Positions 1 through 10,360 of a stretch of 64,000 nucleotides of DNA are shown piece by piece. Every line of letters starts with the position of its first letter. Position 1 is the stretch's first letter. The notes beneath the pieces were generated by a model. The model was not told the origin of the DNA. It did no database searches and worked only from the letters and a program-made list of their open reading frames with translations. This stretch comes from a bacterium (GTDB taxonomy: Bacteria > Hydrothermota > DG-26 > JAUXAN01), in the NCBI GenBank assembly GCA_030619885.1, contig JAUXAN010000001.1, positions 11,474 to 75,473 of the forward strand, in the 5' to 3' direction. The translations under genes and the position numbers were made by a program.

Positions 1-2747
1 TAATCGCTAAAAAGGAAGCCAAACCGGAGGAGATACTCGCACTCACCTTTACAGATAAAGCCGCAGAGGAAATGGAAGAACGGGTGGATTTACTCGTTCC
101 ATACGGATATGTGAATGTATGGATTTCAACATTCCATTCCTTCGGTGCTAAAATTTTACGAGACTATGGACTCGAAATCGGTCTTGACACGGGTTTCCGA
201 ATCCTCACACCACCAGAGGCTGTAATCTTTGTAAGAGAACATCTCTTCGACCTTCCTCTATCTTACTACCGCCCATTAGGAAACCCAACCAAGTTCATAA
301 ATGCATTGGTAAATCTGATAAGCAGGACGAAGGATGAAGATGTTACCCCGGAAGAATACCTGAACTATGCGAATAGTATCTCTTGTAGGGAACAGGCATG
401 CCTGTTTCCTACAGATGACTTTGCAGAAAAGTCACTCGAGATTGCAAAATGTTATGCGGATTATGAAAGACTACTCGCCGAAAATGGTCTGGTTGATATG
501 GCGGGTCTCATCACCTTGCCTTTAAAACTTCTCAGAACAAGACCGAATATCCTGGAAAAACTTCAAAACAGATTTAGATATATTCTTGTTGACGAATTTC
601 AGGATACCAATTATGCCCAATTTCAATTGGTGAAACTTCTGTCCGCAAAGCATCGAAATATAACAGTCACTGGAGACGATGACCAGTCCATCTACAAGTT
701 CAGAGGTGCAGCCATATCAAACATCCTTTCTTATACAGAAGAGTATCCAGATACGAAAGAGGTGGTTTTGAAAAAGAACTACAGGAGCACACAGATTATC
801 CTCGATACCGCCCGTCGTCTTATCACTCAGAATACCAATAGACTGGAGACCAAAAGAAATATTGACAAGCGTATAATTGGAAGAAAAGCCGAGGGACTAA
901 AGGTAGAACACTTCCATTATGATACGATAGAATCAGAGGCGGATAGTGTGGCAAGGATGATTGAAGAAAGGAAGAATGATCGCGGGTATTCCTACAATGA
1001 CTTTGCCATATTAGTCCGAACCAATTTCATTGCCGACCCCTTTTTGCGGTCATTGAATATGAGAGATATCTCATGGAAGTTCACAGGTAATCAGGGACTG
1101 TATGATACCGAGGAGATAAAACTGTTGATGAACTTTCTTCATGTCATTTCCAACATAAATGATACATCGAGCCTCTATGGGGTAGCCTCATCTGATCTAT
1201 ATGGAATAGACCCTGTAGACCTTGTTAGGTGTATCGGATATGCAAATAGAAAAAAACGGTCTCTGTGGTATGTTTTTAGCCGAGTTGACGACAACGGAGA
1301 TATATCCGATACATGTAAAGAAAAGATAAAACACCTTCTAAAAGATATGGAATACCACATTAGATTGAGCACCACCTCATCTGCAGGTAAGGTCATCTAC
1401 GAGTTTTTGCATCGAACAAAATGGCTTAAAACGCTGGCGACTGACCCCAAAAATGAGAGAATTCTGAAGAATATTGCAAAGTTTTTGGAAATCGTTCAGA
1501 GGCTTGGTGAAACGATAAAAAGAGATAGAGTTCCATTTATGAGTAGTTATCTTGACTTGCTTAAAGAGTCTGGTGACAATCCACCTGTTGCGGAAGCTGA
1601 GTTTGATGTAGATGCGGTAAATGTGCTCACAGTGCATAAGGCGAAAGGACTGGAGTTCAAAGTGGTCTTCCTCGCATCTTTGGTCTCCCAGATATTCCCG
1701 CATGACCGGAAATCAGAACAGATAGAACTACCCGATGAATTGATAAAAGAACCCATTCCTGGCGGAGATTTTCATATTGAAGAGGAGAGGAGGCTCTTCT
1801 ATGTAGGTATGACCAGGACGAAGGATGAACTGATACTCACATCGAGCAGAGACCATGGAGGGAAAAAACCGAAGAAGGTGAGTCAGTTTGTGATAGAAGC
1901 TTTGGATCTGAGAAAGGAAGAGATCATTCCACAAAAGACCACACCACTAAAGATGATAGAAAGGTATGGACTGGTTAAAGAGAAAGAAGTTGACTATATC
2001 ACTGTTAGTGGGGGGATGTTGGTCCTTTCACCCCTGCAGATAGATGATTACCTCACCTGTCCCTTGAAATATAAATATATTCATAGAATCAGAATGCCTC
2101 TGCCCAAACATCACGCCATAATATATGGGAGTGCAATCCATAAGAGCGTTGCAAATTATTTCAAATTAAGAATGGAAGGGAAGAGAGTGAGTTTTGAAGA
2201 CATTGTGAGAGTTTTTGAAAACTCATGGGTGAGTGAGGGTTTTCTGACAAGAGAACATGAGGAGAGACGTTTTGCACAGGGGAAGGAGACACTGCGTAGA
2301 TTTTTTGAAAAAGAGGAGAAGAAAACCACACTGCCTACTTATGTAGAAGAGAGATTTTCTTTTAGACTTGACGATGTAAAGATTGAAGGAAGATGGGACA
2401 GGGTGGATATGTTGGATGAAGGTGGGGTCATCATAGATTACAAAACAGGAGATGTGAGGGATAAGAAGAAGGCAGATACCAAAGCGAGACAGTCTGTTCA
2501 ACTTTCAATCTATGGTCTCGGATACAAAGAACGATTCGGAACCTTTCCTCTACGGCTTGAACTCCACTTCTTGGACACAGGTGTAGTAGGTGAGTTAAAG
2601 AAAGTAGAAAAGTATACAGAAAAAGTGAAGGAGACTATTGCTGAAGTAGTCAAGGGGATAAGAGAGAAGGAATTTGACCCTTCTCCAGGTTACTTTGCCT
2701 GTGAATACTGTGCATATAGGGGTATCTGCTCCTATTCGAAGGGGTAA
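1..2747 (+). CDS. UvrD/PcrA-type SF1 helicase fused to a C-terminal PD-(D/E)XK nuclease with a Cas4/AddB-like Cys cluster (5' partial)
   Basis: The ORF is open to the window start. It carries helicase motifs (VLTVHKAKGLEFKVVFL, DEFQDTNYAQF). The C-terminus has IIDYKTG, a QLSIYG element and CEYCAYRGIC with an upstream CPLKYKY, typical of an Fe-S RecB-family nuclease. Confidence 0.8.
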   Translation, partial: IAKKEAKPEEILALTFTDKAAEEMEERVDLLVPYGYVNVWISTFHSFGAKILRDYGLEIGLDTGFRILTPPEAVIFVREHLFDLPLSYYRPLGNPTKFINALVNLISRTKDEDVTPEEYLNYANSISCREQACLFPTDDFAEKSLEIAKCYADYERLLAENGLVDMAGLITLPLKLLRTRPNILEKLQNRFRYILVDEFQDTNYAQFQLVKLLSAKHRNITVTGDDDQSIYKFRGAAISNILSYTEEYPDTKEVVLKKNYRSTQIILDTARRLITQNTNRLETKRNIDKRIIGRKAEGLKVEHFHYDTIESEADSVARMIEERKNDRGYSYNDFAILVRTNFIADPFLRSLNMRDISWKFTGNQGLYDTEEIKLLMNFLHVISNINDTSSLYGVASSDLYGIDPVDLVRCIGYANRKKRSLWYVFSRVDDNGDISDTCKEKIKHLLKDMEYHIRLSTTSSAGKVIYEFLHRTKWLKTLATDPKNERILKNIAKFLEIVQRLGETIKRDRVPFMSSYLDLLKESGDNPPVAEAEFDVDAVNVLTVHKAKGLEFKVVFLASLVSQIFPHDRKSEQIELPDELIKEPIPGGDFHIEEERRLFYVGMTRTKDELILTSSRDHGGKKPKKVSQFVIEALDLRKEEIIPQKTTPLKMIERYGLVKEKEVDYITVSGGMLVLSPLQIDDYLTCPLKYKYIHRIRMPLPKHHAIIYGSAIHKSVANYFKLRMEGKRVSFEDIVRVFENSWVSEGFLTREHEERRFAQGKETLRRFFEKEEKKTTLPTYVEERFSFRLDDVKIEGRWDRVDMLDEGGVIIDYKTGDVRDKKKADTKARQSVQLSIYGLGYKERFGTFPLRLELHFLDTGVVGELKKVEKYTEKVKETIAEVVKGIREKEFDPSPGYFACEYCAYRGICSYSKG

Positions 2748-2922
2748 AAAATAATTCCGAAAAAGTCGGCTAACCACATATCAATTCAAGGAGAAATGGA
2801 GAGAATTCTCCTGTGTTTCAATCTGTTTTAATCTGTGTTCATCTGTGGTTAGTTTCCGTAATCTCTGTATTATCTGTGGTTTCTTTTCTCTTGACATAGT
2901 CCTATATTTTTTGTCTAGTTTA

Positions 2923-3771
2923 ATGGAGATGTCCAGTAATTTCGATCTCACTTTTGGAAGGTTCAATCTGAAACTCTCAGAGCGCACACATATCATGGGT
3001 GTTCTGAATGTTACACCCGACTCCTTCTCAGACGGAGGGCTCTACATAGATAAGAATGAAGCTGTCGATAGAGCACTTACGATGGTTGAAGAGGGTGCGG
3101 ATATAATAGATGTAGGTGGTGAGTCTACAAGACCGGGTGCAAAACCAGTTCCATTAGACGAAGAGTTAAAAAGGGTAATCCCTGTGATAGATGCGATTGC
3201 ACCAGAAATTAAAGTCCCTGTTTCGATCGATACTTATAAGTCAGAGGTTGCAGAAGAGGCTATAAGTGCAGGTGTCAGTATGGTGAATGAGATAAGTGGG
3301 TTGAGATTTGATGAGAAGATGGGCAAAGTCCTATCCAATGCAGATATACCTGTAGTTATCATGCATATAAAAGGAACACCGAGAGATATGCAGGTCAATC
3401 CACAATATACAGACCTTATAGGAGAGATAAAAGAATATCTTGATAGACAGACGGAGTTTGCCCAAAAAAATGGTATAGATAAGACGATAATAGACCCCGG
3501 AATAGGATTTGGGAAAAAACATGAAGATAATCTTGTGATTTTGAAAAGACTCGACGAATTCAAAAGCATTCGAAGGCCCATACTTGTCGGGCCATCGAGA
3601 AAGTCTTTCATAGGTTATGTGCTGGACCTACCGGTAGAGGAGAGGCTCGAAGGAACACTCGCTGCTTGTGCGGTTGCAATTTTAAATGGGGCGAATATAT
3701 TGAGGGTTCACGATGTGCGTGAAACGGTGAGGGTTACAAGATTAGTGGATGCAGTGAGGAATGTAGAATGA
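2923..3771 (+). CDS. folP: dihydropteroate synthase
   Basis: The MGVLNVTPDSFSDGG motif and the pterin-binding fold sequence are present. The start is taken at the internal ATG at 2923, because the upstream part of ORF 2845.. is hydrophobic and non-conserved. Confidence 0.85.
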   Translation: MEMSSNFDLTFGRFNLKLSERTHIMGVLNVTPDSFSDGGLYIDKNEAVDRALTMVEEGADIIDVGGESTRPGAKPVPLDEELKRVIPVIDAIAPEIKVPVSIDTYKSEVAEEAISAGVSMVNEISGLRFDEKMGKVLSNADIPVVIMHIKGTPRDMQVNPQYTDLIGEIKEYLDRQTEFAQKNGIDKTIIDPGIGFGKKHEDNLVILKRLDEFKSIRRPILVGPSRKSFIGYVLDLPVEERLEGTLAACAVAILNGANILRVHDVRETVRVTRLVDAVRNVE

Positions 3772-4526
3772 GTTTTATTCAGTTCAGACCCATAGATATA
3801 CTTGATGTTATAATCGTTTCCTTCATCTTTTATTATATTTTAAAACTGATACGAGGAACGAGGGCAACCCCGATGTTGCTCGGTCTTCTCTTCATCCTGT
3901 TCTTCTCAATATTGGCAAGTTGGTGGGGGTTAGAAGGACTCGAGTGGCTTGTAACCAGTGTCAAAACAGTATGGCTGGTGGCCTTTGTCATAGTTTTTCA
4001 ACCAGAGATACGGAGAGTGCTCACCGAACTTGGCACAAACAAGTTCGTCCGTTTTTTTGTGAGATATGAGAAAAAAAGCGGTATAATAGAGGATATAGTG
4101 GATGCATCTAACCGATTGAGAGAGAGGGGTATCGGCGGGTTAATTTGCATGGAGAGAGAGACAGGACTGAAAGAATATGCAGAAACCGGAACCAGACTCG
4201 ATGCCAAAGTTACCCCGGATCTGATTACCACAATTTTCACACCAAACTCAACTCTGCACGATGGTGCAATCATAATAAGTAATGGAAGAATCGCATCGGC
4301 GGGGTGTATCTTACCTGTGAGTAGAAATCCCGAACTGAAACCAGAACTTGGAATGAGACACAGGGCGGCGATCGGGATAACGGAAGAGACAGATGCCCTC
4401 TGTATAGTGGTGTCAGAAGAGACCAGAACAGTCTCAATAGCTGTGGCAGGGAAATTACTCAGAAATCTCGATGCAACTCCTTTTAAGAGAAATCTTGAAT
4501 CTATGCTAAGGAGGATTTATGTATAA
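3768..4526 (+). CDS. cdaA: diadenylate cyclase CdaA (N-terminal TM helices + DAC domain)
   Basis: It has three N-terminal TM segments followed by a DAC domain with LHDGAIIISNGRIASAGCILPVS and GMRHRAAIGITEETDALCIVVSEETRTVS. Its ATG overlaps the folP stop (ATGA). Confidence 0.85.
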   Translation: MSFIQFRPIDILDVIIVSFIFYYILKLIRGTRATPMLLGLLFILFFSILASWWGLEGLEWLVTSVKTVWLVAFVIVFQPEIRRVLTELGTNKFVRFFVRYEKKSGIIEDIVDASNRLRERGIGGLICMERETGLKEYAETGTRLDAKVTPDLITTIFTPNSTLHDGAIIISNGRIASAGCILPVSRNPELKPELGMRHRAAIGITEETDALCIVVSEETRTVSIAVAGKLLRNLDATPFKRNLESMLRRIYV

Positions 4527-7296
4527 CGAAAAGAAGATAAGATTGTATCTTTTTGGAGGTGTATTCGTACTCGTTGGGTTTTTCTACCTCATAACCTGTG
4601 CACCGACTGCATCTTTCTGGGATTGCGGCGAGTTTATAGGATGTGCTTATATCCTCGGTGTCCCACATCCACCAGGTACACCGTTGATGGTTCTTGTGGG
4701 CAGGCTCTTCTCATTTTTGCCGGTTTCTAAAGAGATAGCATTCAGGGTAAATCTATTTTCTGTCTTAACGGGCGCTCTCACATGTGCCTTCGTATATTAT
4801 ATTACAGTCAGACTGATCGGAATCTATCGAAAAAAGAGTGCACTCCCAGATTTGATATTGACCCACGCAGTTGGGATTGGTGCTGCACTTCTTCTGGCAT
4901 TTTCCGAAAGTCACTGGAGTAATTCAATAGAGACAGAGACATATTCCCCTGCTGCATTTTTCATAGGACTGGCTGCATACCTTACTTTTATATGGTATGA
5001 TAATGTGGGTAAGAAACATAATAAGAAGACGCTGTTGCTCATCGCATACCTCCTTGTTCTTTCCACAGGTATCTATCTTGCACCTATAGCTATTGCACCC
5101 GCTATTTTACTCTTTGTCATCATTGCAGACTGGAGGAGTCTACTCGATTCAAAGTTTATCATTGCGGCTATACTTCTGCTCGCTCTTGCACCTACGACCA
5201 ATCTCTATCTATTCATAAGGGCGCATCACGATCCCGGAATAAACGAATGCGACCCACGCACCCGTCAGGCGATCTACGATGTGTTGACGAGAAAACAGTA
5301 TGGTCCTATGAATATGCTACCCCGAAAAACACAGATGGAAACGGGTATGTCCTTAATCCCTGCATATATCGAACAGGTGAAACTCTACCTCCGATACCTC
5401 TCATGGCAGTTCGTACCCACCCAGATACAGACCAAACCTTTTAACTCATTTCCAATAGGGTGGAGATTTATCGTGATTCTCTTTTTTGCCGTTGGGATTT
5501 TAGGTATGTGGGTCTCCTATAAAAGCGACAAACGAACATTTGTGCTCATCTTTTTTATGTTTCTATTATTGAGTCTTGGCTTCGTCACCTATCTCAATAT
5601 GAGGTTTTCTCCATCGGACCCAAACCCTGCACATCAACCAAGGGAGGTGAGGGAGAGGGACTACTTCTTTCCCCTATCCCATATATTCTTAACTGTCTTC
5701 TATGGGATCGGTTTCTGGTATATATTGATGAGACTTGGAAGGTATTTCAACCATAGAAGGAAGTTGATCTATACATACACCTCATCGGCAGTCGTCATCC
5801 TAATATCTTTCTCTTTATGTGCAGTGCATTTCCATACACACGACAGACACGATGACTGGATACCATCCGACTATGGAGAGAATATGCTCAATTCCTGCGA
5901 TGATAACAGTATAGTCTTCACCAACGGCGATAACGATACATTCCCATTATGGTTCGTTCATGAGGTGAAAAAAGTCAAACCATCTGTTACCGTTGCCAAT
6001 TTATCCCTTTTAAATACAAACTGGTATATAAAGCAATTGAAACGGAGGGGTATACCAATCAGTTTCACAAACGATGAGATAGACAAGCTGAGACCTATCC
6101 CCGTGACAGAGAATGGTGAACCTCTCTTTCCTTTTATGAGATTTGGCAGACTGCTCTATGTGACAAGAAATGGTGAGGTAGTAGAACATGTGAAAAAGGA
6201 TAAGAAGGACTACTGTAAAATGAAGGATGGGAGCTTGTTGGAAGTTAAAACATTCCATGTTAAAGATTTTGCTGTGAGGGACATAATCGCCACGAATGCT
6301 GGGAAAGAATTCAAAGTAGATGAATATTTTGACTTAACGAGGTTCGTTGGTTTGAGAATGCCCGCTCTATACTTTGCACCCCCTGAAGAATTTATGGAAA
6401 GGGTGATAAAAGGTTATGAGGGGAAGATACCCGTCTATTTTGCGGTAACCTGTTCAAGAGAAAATTTAGGTGGGTTTGACCCTTATCTCCGGTTGGAGGG
6501 GATGGTCTATCGGCTGATTGGACACAAAAACGATAATTTTAACCTTGAGCGCACAGAAGAACTACTCTATAATGTATATAAATTCGAATCCGTCTTCAAC
6601 GATAAACTTTACAAGAACGCGAATACATTGAAATTGCTATCGAACTATGCTGCAGCCTACTTCAGACTTGGGCTCGAATACCGCAAACAGGGGAATTTGG
6701 ACAAGGCTATTGCGATGCTTGAAGAAGGTAAGCGGTTCAGACCATCTGAGATATTGCCCTTTGCCTATAATCTTTCCACCCTATACGCTGAGAAAGGAGA
6801 TTTTACAAAATCCATATCCTATCTAAAAGATGCGATTGAGAAAGATCCTAATAATATCTTTTTCTACAACCGTTTAGGTCTCATACACCAGCATACTGGA
6901 GATATTGAGAAGGCGAAGTATGTATTCAGAAAGGCGATTGAGGTCGTTCCGTCACATCCAGAAGCTTATGCAAATCTTCACTTTCTCTATAGTTCAATTA
7001 AGGATACAACTTCAGCACTGAAGATCATTCAGGAATGGTTTCTTCAAAATCCAAAAAACAGCGGTATATACGCCGCTCTCGCATCCCTCTATCAAATGCG
7101 AGGCAAGACTTCCATTGCAGAGAAGTATCTTCTGAAATCGCTGGAAGTGGATCCCAAAAATCCACGGAACTATGGGATTCTGTTCAACTTTTATAAGAAG
7201 GCAGGTAGAATTAAAGATGCCAAAGCCATTTTGGGAAAATGGCTCAAAATTCAACCAGAGGATAAGACCGCAAGCGATTTATTGAAAAGTTTATGA
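4519..7296 (+). CDS. polytopic membrane protein, DUF2723 / GT39 (PMT-like) glycosyltransferase-like N-domain with C-terminal TPR repeats
   Basis: There are more than 10 TM helices at the N-terminus, and the region FWDCGEFIGCAYILGVPHPPGTPL is typical of DUF2723. The C-terminal roughly 300 aa are TPR-like (e.g. AYFRLGLEYRKQGNLDKAIAMLEE). The start overlaps cdaA by 8 nt. Confidence 0.7.
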   Translation: MYNEKKIRLYLFGGVFVLVGFFYLITCAPTASFWDCGEFIGCAYILGVPHPPGTPLMVLVGRLFSFLPVSKEIAFRVNLFSVLTGALTCAFVYYITVRLIGIYRKKSALPDLILTHAVGIGAALLLAFSESHWSNSIETETYSPAAFFIGLAAYLTFIWYDNVGKKHNKKTLLLIAYLLVLSTGIYLAPIAIAPAILLFVIIADWRSLLDSKFIIAAILLLALAPTTNLYLFIRAHHDPGINECDPRTRQAIYDVLTRKQYGPMNMLPRKTQMETGMSLIPAYIEQVKLYLRYLSWQFVPTQIQTKPFNSFPIGWRFIVILFFAVGILGMWVSYKSDKRTFVLIFFMFLLLSLGFVTYLNMRFSPSDPNPAHQPREVRERDYFFPLSHIFLTVFYGIGFWYILMRLGRYFNHRRKLIYTYTSSAVVILISFSLCAVHFHTHDRHDDWIPSDYGENMLNSCDDNSIVFTNGDNDTFPLWFVHEVKKVKPSVTVANLSLLNTNWYIKQLKRRGIPISFTNDEIDKLRPIPVTENGEPLFPFMRFGRLLYVTRNGEVVEHVKKDKKDYCKMKDGSLLEVKTFHVKDFAVRDIIATNAGKEFKVDEYFDLTRFVGLRMPALYFAPPEEFMERVIKGYEGKIPVYFAVTCSRENLGGFDPYLRLEGMVYRLIGHKNDNFNLERTEELLYNVYKFESVFNDKLYKNANTLKLLSNYAAAYFRLGLEYRKQGNLDKAIAMLEEGKRFRPSEILPFAYNLSTLYAEKGDFTKSISYLKDAIEKDPNNIFFYNRLGLIHQHTGDIEKAKYVFRKAIEVVPSHPEAYANLHFLYSSIKDTTSALKIIQEWFLQNPKNSGIYAALASLYQMRGKTSIAEKYLLKSLEVDPKNPRNYGILFNFYKKAGRIKDAKAILGKWLKIQPEDKTASDLLKSL

Positions 7297-9365
7297 ATAG
7301 ATTTGCTAAATATTACGATACGGGTAAAGTCTTTGCTACGCTTGCCATTATCCTTTTTGAAGTAATACGAGCAGGTGTAAACCTTACTAATTGGTACTGG
7401 TCTCTGATCCTTGCAGCAGCGATCATACCAATCAGGAGATTCTCCATTCCCCTTGTAAAATATTCCTTTCTAACCTTTACATTCATAGTCTGCATATTTT
7501 CTTTTTTAGTTTTCGGTTTTCTTGAAGCAGGGCTGATCGTCCTGTTGGGGGTAACTGTAGCAGATACGATTTTTCTGCGTCGCGGGTTTAAAAGGGCGAT
7601 TGGGAATGCTACCAGTTTCACACTCAGCATTCTAATCTCTGGAATAGTATATAAACATATGAACGGGTACTTTGGTATACATTCTGTGGCGGCAGAAAAT
7701 GCACTACCATTAATCAGTTTTCTGATCTTGCTATTCGGACTCCTGCCCATTACATTCTGGCTCTCAGATATTTTGAGAAGGGGACTGAAATTGAAAGAAG
7801 TCGGATTCATATTTAAATGGGAGTTCATAATCTATCTCATCAGTACTTTGATTGCACTTTTTGCAATCGTGGCTATACACTCTTTCGGCATAGGTTCACT
7901 TCTAATATATATTCCAGTCGTTTTAATCTTCTTACTTTTTATGAGACCCGTTATCGACGAAAGCATAACGGCGAGGTCGTTGAAGACTATCATAGAACTG
8001 GAACGGACTATATCAACTGGTTTAAGTTTAGAAGAGATTATAGAGCGGATAAGGAAACTCTCGCTGGAATTAGTCGACTGGTCGTTGCTGCAGATAAATA
8101 AGGTTGATAGAAAAAAAGGAGAGACAGTTCTAATCTACGATTCTGATACCGGAATGCAGGATGGTTCACTCAGGGTTAAAATTGGGGAAGGAATTATAGG
8201 TGCATGTGTAGCACAAGGTGAACCCATTCTTATTAACGATGTGACTGCCGATAAAAGATATATCTGTTTGAAGGAAACGACCGGTTCGGAACTCACTATA
8301 CCATTGAAGTTTGAAAATGAGATAGTCGGCGTTTTAAATTTAGAATATAAACAGAAAAACAGTTTCTCGAAAAAGGACATTGAACATACTTCCATCTTTG
8401 CCGAACAACTTGCCCGTGCCATTAAAATAAATGAAACATTAGAACCATTGATGATTTCGAGTGAGAAACTTTCTGAAAGTGAAGGGAAACTTTCGGTTTC
8501 TATTCAACAATTGGATGCAACTTCAGATGAGATAACAGCGAATATACAGAAAATGTATGAGGATTTCAAAAAAGAGAAAACGGTCGAGCAACAGAGATTG
8601 ATTTTTTTTGAGAAGATATTCGACTTCTCTAAAAACCTTTCCAACTCGTCTATGCAAGTGAGGGAGCAGAGCAGAGATATAAGGAGATTTATTGAAGAAG
8701 ACAAAAAGAAGATAGAGTCCATACTTGATACACTGTCTGAAATTCAAAATTTCACAAAAAGAATCAGAGGGCTTGTGACAGAATTTCAGTTAGCACACAG
8801 AAAAGTTGAAGAGTTCGCTGAAGCCATAAGAAAGATTGCAGTTAAAACAAACTTTTTATCTTTTAACGCTTCATTGGAAGCAGCGAGGGCAGGAGAATCT
8901 GGACGTGGATTCACGCTTGTAGCAAATGAGATAAACAGGCTGGCTGAGGATTCAAGGGAATCGAGTTCAAATATCACCCACACGATTCAGGGAATAAGTA
9001 AGGAGATTGAAAACATAATAGCCGCCATCAAAGAAGTTGAGAAAAAGATAGGTAATGTTGCAGATATTTCTACTCCCACTATGCAGGCATTCAATGAGAT
9101 ATTAAAATCGGTGAACGAGACGATTCCACTCATTGAGAATAACGCTGCTCTTGCAAGGAATCATGTAGAAGGAGTTGAAACATCAGTGCGTCAAATGAGA
9201 CAGTCCATTGAGATGGTAGAGAGGAATGCGAAATCTGCAGAAGGTGTAGTGCATTCAATAAGCACACAGAACTTTTCAATAGAAGCTATAAGTGAGCACA
9301 CACGGGAACTGTCTGAAATATCAAAGGAATTGAAACGGGTAATTTCCGAATTTCGTATAGGATAA
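7293..9365 (+). CDS. methyl-accepting chemotaxis-like protein with N-terminal multi-TM region and GAF domain
   Basis: About 6 TM helices precede a GAF-like region (GIIGACVAQGEPILINDV...EIVGVLNLEY). An MCP signalling domain follows (FLSFNASLEAARAGESGRGFTLVANEINRLAEDS). The ATGA overlap with the upstream gene is 4 nt. Confidence 0.75.
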   Translation: MNRFAKYYDTGKVFATLAIILFEVIRAGVNLTNWYWSLILAAAIIPIRRFSIPLVKYSFLTFTFIVCIFSFLVFGFLEAGLIVLLGVTVADTIFLRRGFKRAIGNATSFTLSILISGIVYKHMNGYFGIHSVAAENALPLISFLILLFGLLPITFWLSDILRRGLKLKEVGFIFKWEFIIYLISTLIALFAIVAIHSFGIGSLLIYIPVVLIFLLFMRPVIDESITARSLKTIIELERTISTGLSLEEIIERIRKLSLELVDWSLLQINKVDRKKGETVLIYDSDTGMQDGSLRVKIGEGIIGACVAQGEPILINDVTADKRYICLKETTGSELTIPLKFENEIVGVLNLEYKQKNSFSKKDIEHTSIFAEQLARAIKINETLEPLMISSEKLSESEGKLSVSIQQLDATSDEITANIQKMYEDFKKEKTVEQQRLIFFEKIFDFSKNLSNSSMQVREQSRDIRRFIEEDKKKIESILDTLSEIQNFTKRIRGLVTEFQLAHRKVEEFAEAIRKIAVKTNFLSFNASLEAARAGESGRGFTLVANEINRLAEDSRESSSNITHTIQGISKEIENIIAAIKEVEKKIGNVADISTPTMQAFNEILKSVNETIPLIENNAALARNHVEGVETSVRQMRQSIEMVERNAKSAEGVVHSISTQNFSIEAISEHTRELSEISKELKRVISEFRIG

Positions 9366-9516
9366 TATGATTCAGATAGTAGACACTGATTTACACTGAT
9401 GGCCGCAGATTATAAAAAATATTCAATCAGTGAACATCTGTCCATTCCATACGGTCGCAGACCCGTATGGAATGCTGCGCAACGGATTCTGAGATGATAA
9501 TCAGTGTCTGAATTAC
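9366..9516 (-). repeat. intergenic repeat family Rep-A, copy 1 (reverse orientation; includes palindromic core CCATACGG-n8-CCGTATGG)
   Basis: The reverse complement aligns nearly base-for-base with 16734-16928 and 36463-36666 (AATTCAGACACTGATTA...CGTTGCGCAGCAT(C/T)CCATACGGGTCTGCGACCGTATGGAATGGACAG...CTACTATCTGAATCATA). Confidence 0.8.
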
Positions 9517-9526
9517 TGAAAGGATA

Positions 9527-10276
9527 ATGGTTAAGTTGCGTAAGATATTAAAGGCCGTTTTAGTAGCAGTGGGTGTATGCGCTGGAGCATTTGTAGGCGG
9601 TGCATTGTTCTTCAACTTTCTATTTATGCCGTGGTTTGTTAAGTTGGGTAAAGAAGTCGAAGTTCCGGATGTGTGCGGCAAGAGTCTGGTAGAAGCCAAG
9701 ACTCTTTTAAGGGATATGAAGCTAAATTACTATATAAAATCATACATCCCTGACCCGGTCTTTCCTAAGGATTTCGTAATTAGACAGGGACCTTCTCCTA
9801 ATAAGATTGTCAAAGTTGGAAAGAAAGTGGGATTGATTATAAGTCTTGGACCTGAATTGATTAAAATGCCACATTTAGAAGGGTTGGATAAGGAACTTGC
9901 TGTTAAGATGCTCCAGTCTAAAAATTTGAAAGTCGGCACGATTCGCCAGAATTATTCTGATTATACTATTAAAGGTCGTGTCATAAGAACCGACCCTCCA
10001 GCAGGTAGTGAGGTTAAGATGGGGGAAGAGATAGACTTGATTGTCAGTGGAGGGAAGCTGGAAAAGAAATTTGATATGCCAAATCTTCTCGGAGTGGAAC
10101 TTGATGATGCGAAGACGACTATTGAAGAGAAAGGGCTGGTAATAGGTTCGATACAATATATAGAAAGTGATGGTGAGGAGGGAATAGTCCTTTTACAAGG
10201 ACCTCTGCCCGGTGTGAGGATTTCAAGAGGTGATACAATAGAACTTGGTGTTAGTTCGAAGATTGGAACCCAGTAG
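9527..10276 (+). CDS. membrane-anchored protein with three PASTA domains
   Basis: An N-terminal TM helix is followed by three ~65-aa repeats with the PASTA pattern (VPDVCGKSLVEAKTLL...; MPHLEGLDKELAVKML...; MPNLLGVELDDAKTTI...). No kinase or transpeptidase domain is present. Confidence 0.7.
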   Translation: MVKLRKILKAVLVAVGVCAGAFVGGALFFNFLFMPWFVKLGKEVEVPDVCGKSLVEAKTLLRDMKLNYYIKSYIPDPVFPKDFVIRQGPSPNKIVKVGKKVGLIISLGPELIKMPHLEGLDKELAVKMLQSKNLKVGTIRQNYSDYTIKGRVIRTDPPAGSEVKMGEEIDLIVSGGKLEKKFDMPNLLGVELDDAKTTIEEKGLVIGSIQYIESDGEEGIVLLQGPLPGVRISRGDTIELGVSSKIGTQ

Positions 10277-10360
10277 TGAACCACTGTCGCAGAGCCGTAT
10301 GGGAGGACACAGAGAAAAAAGAAACCACGAATTTCATTATAGATTTAAAAAGGGGGAAGT

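Noticed and set aside
2845-2922. Upstream extension of folP ORF (MVSFRNLCIICGFFSLDIVLYFLSSL)
   Set aside because: The extension is hydrophobic, not part of the DHPS fold, and covers the AT-rich promoter-like region. The internal ATG at 2923 gives a normal DHPS N-terminus.
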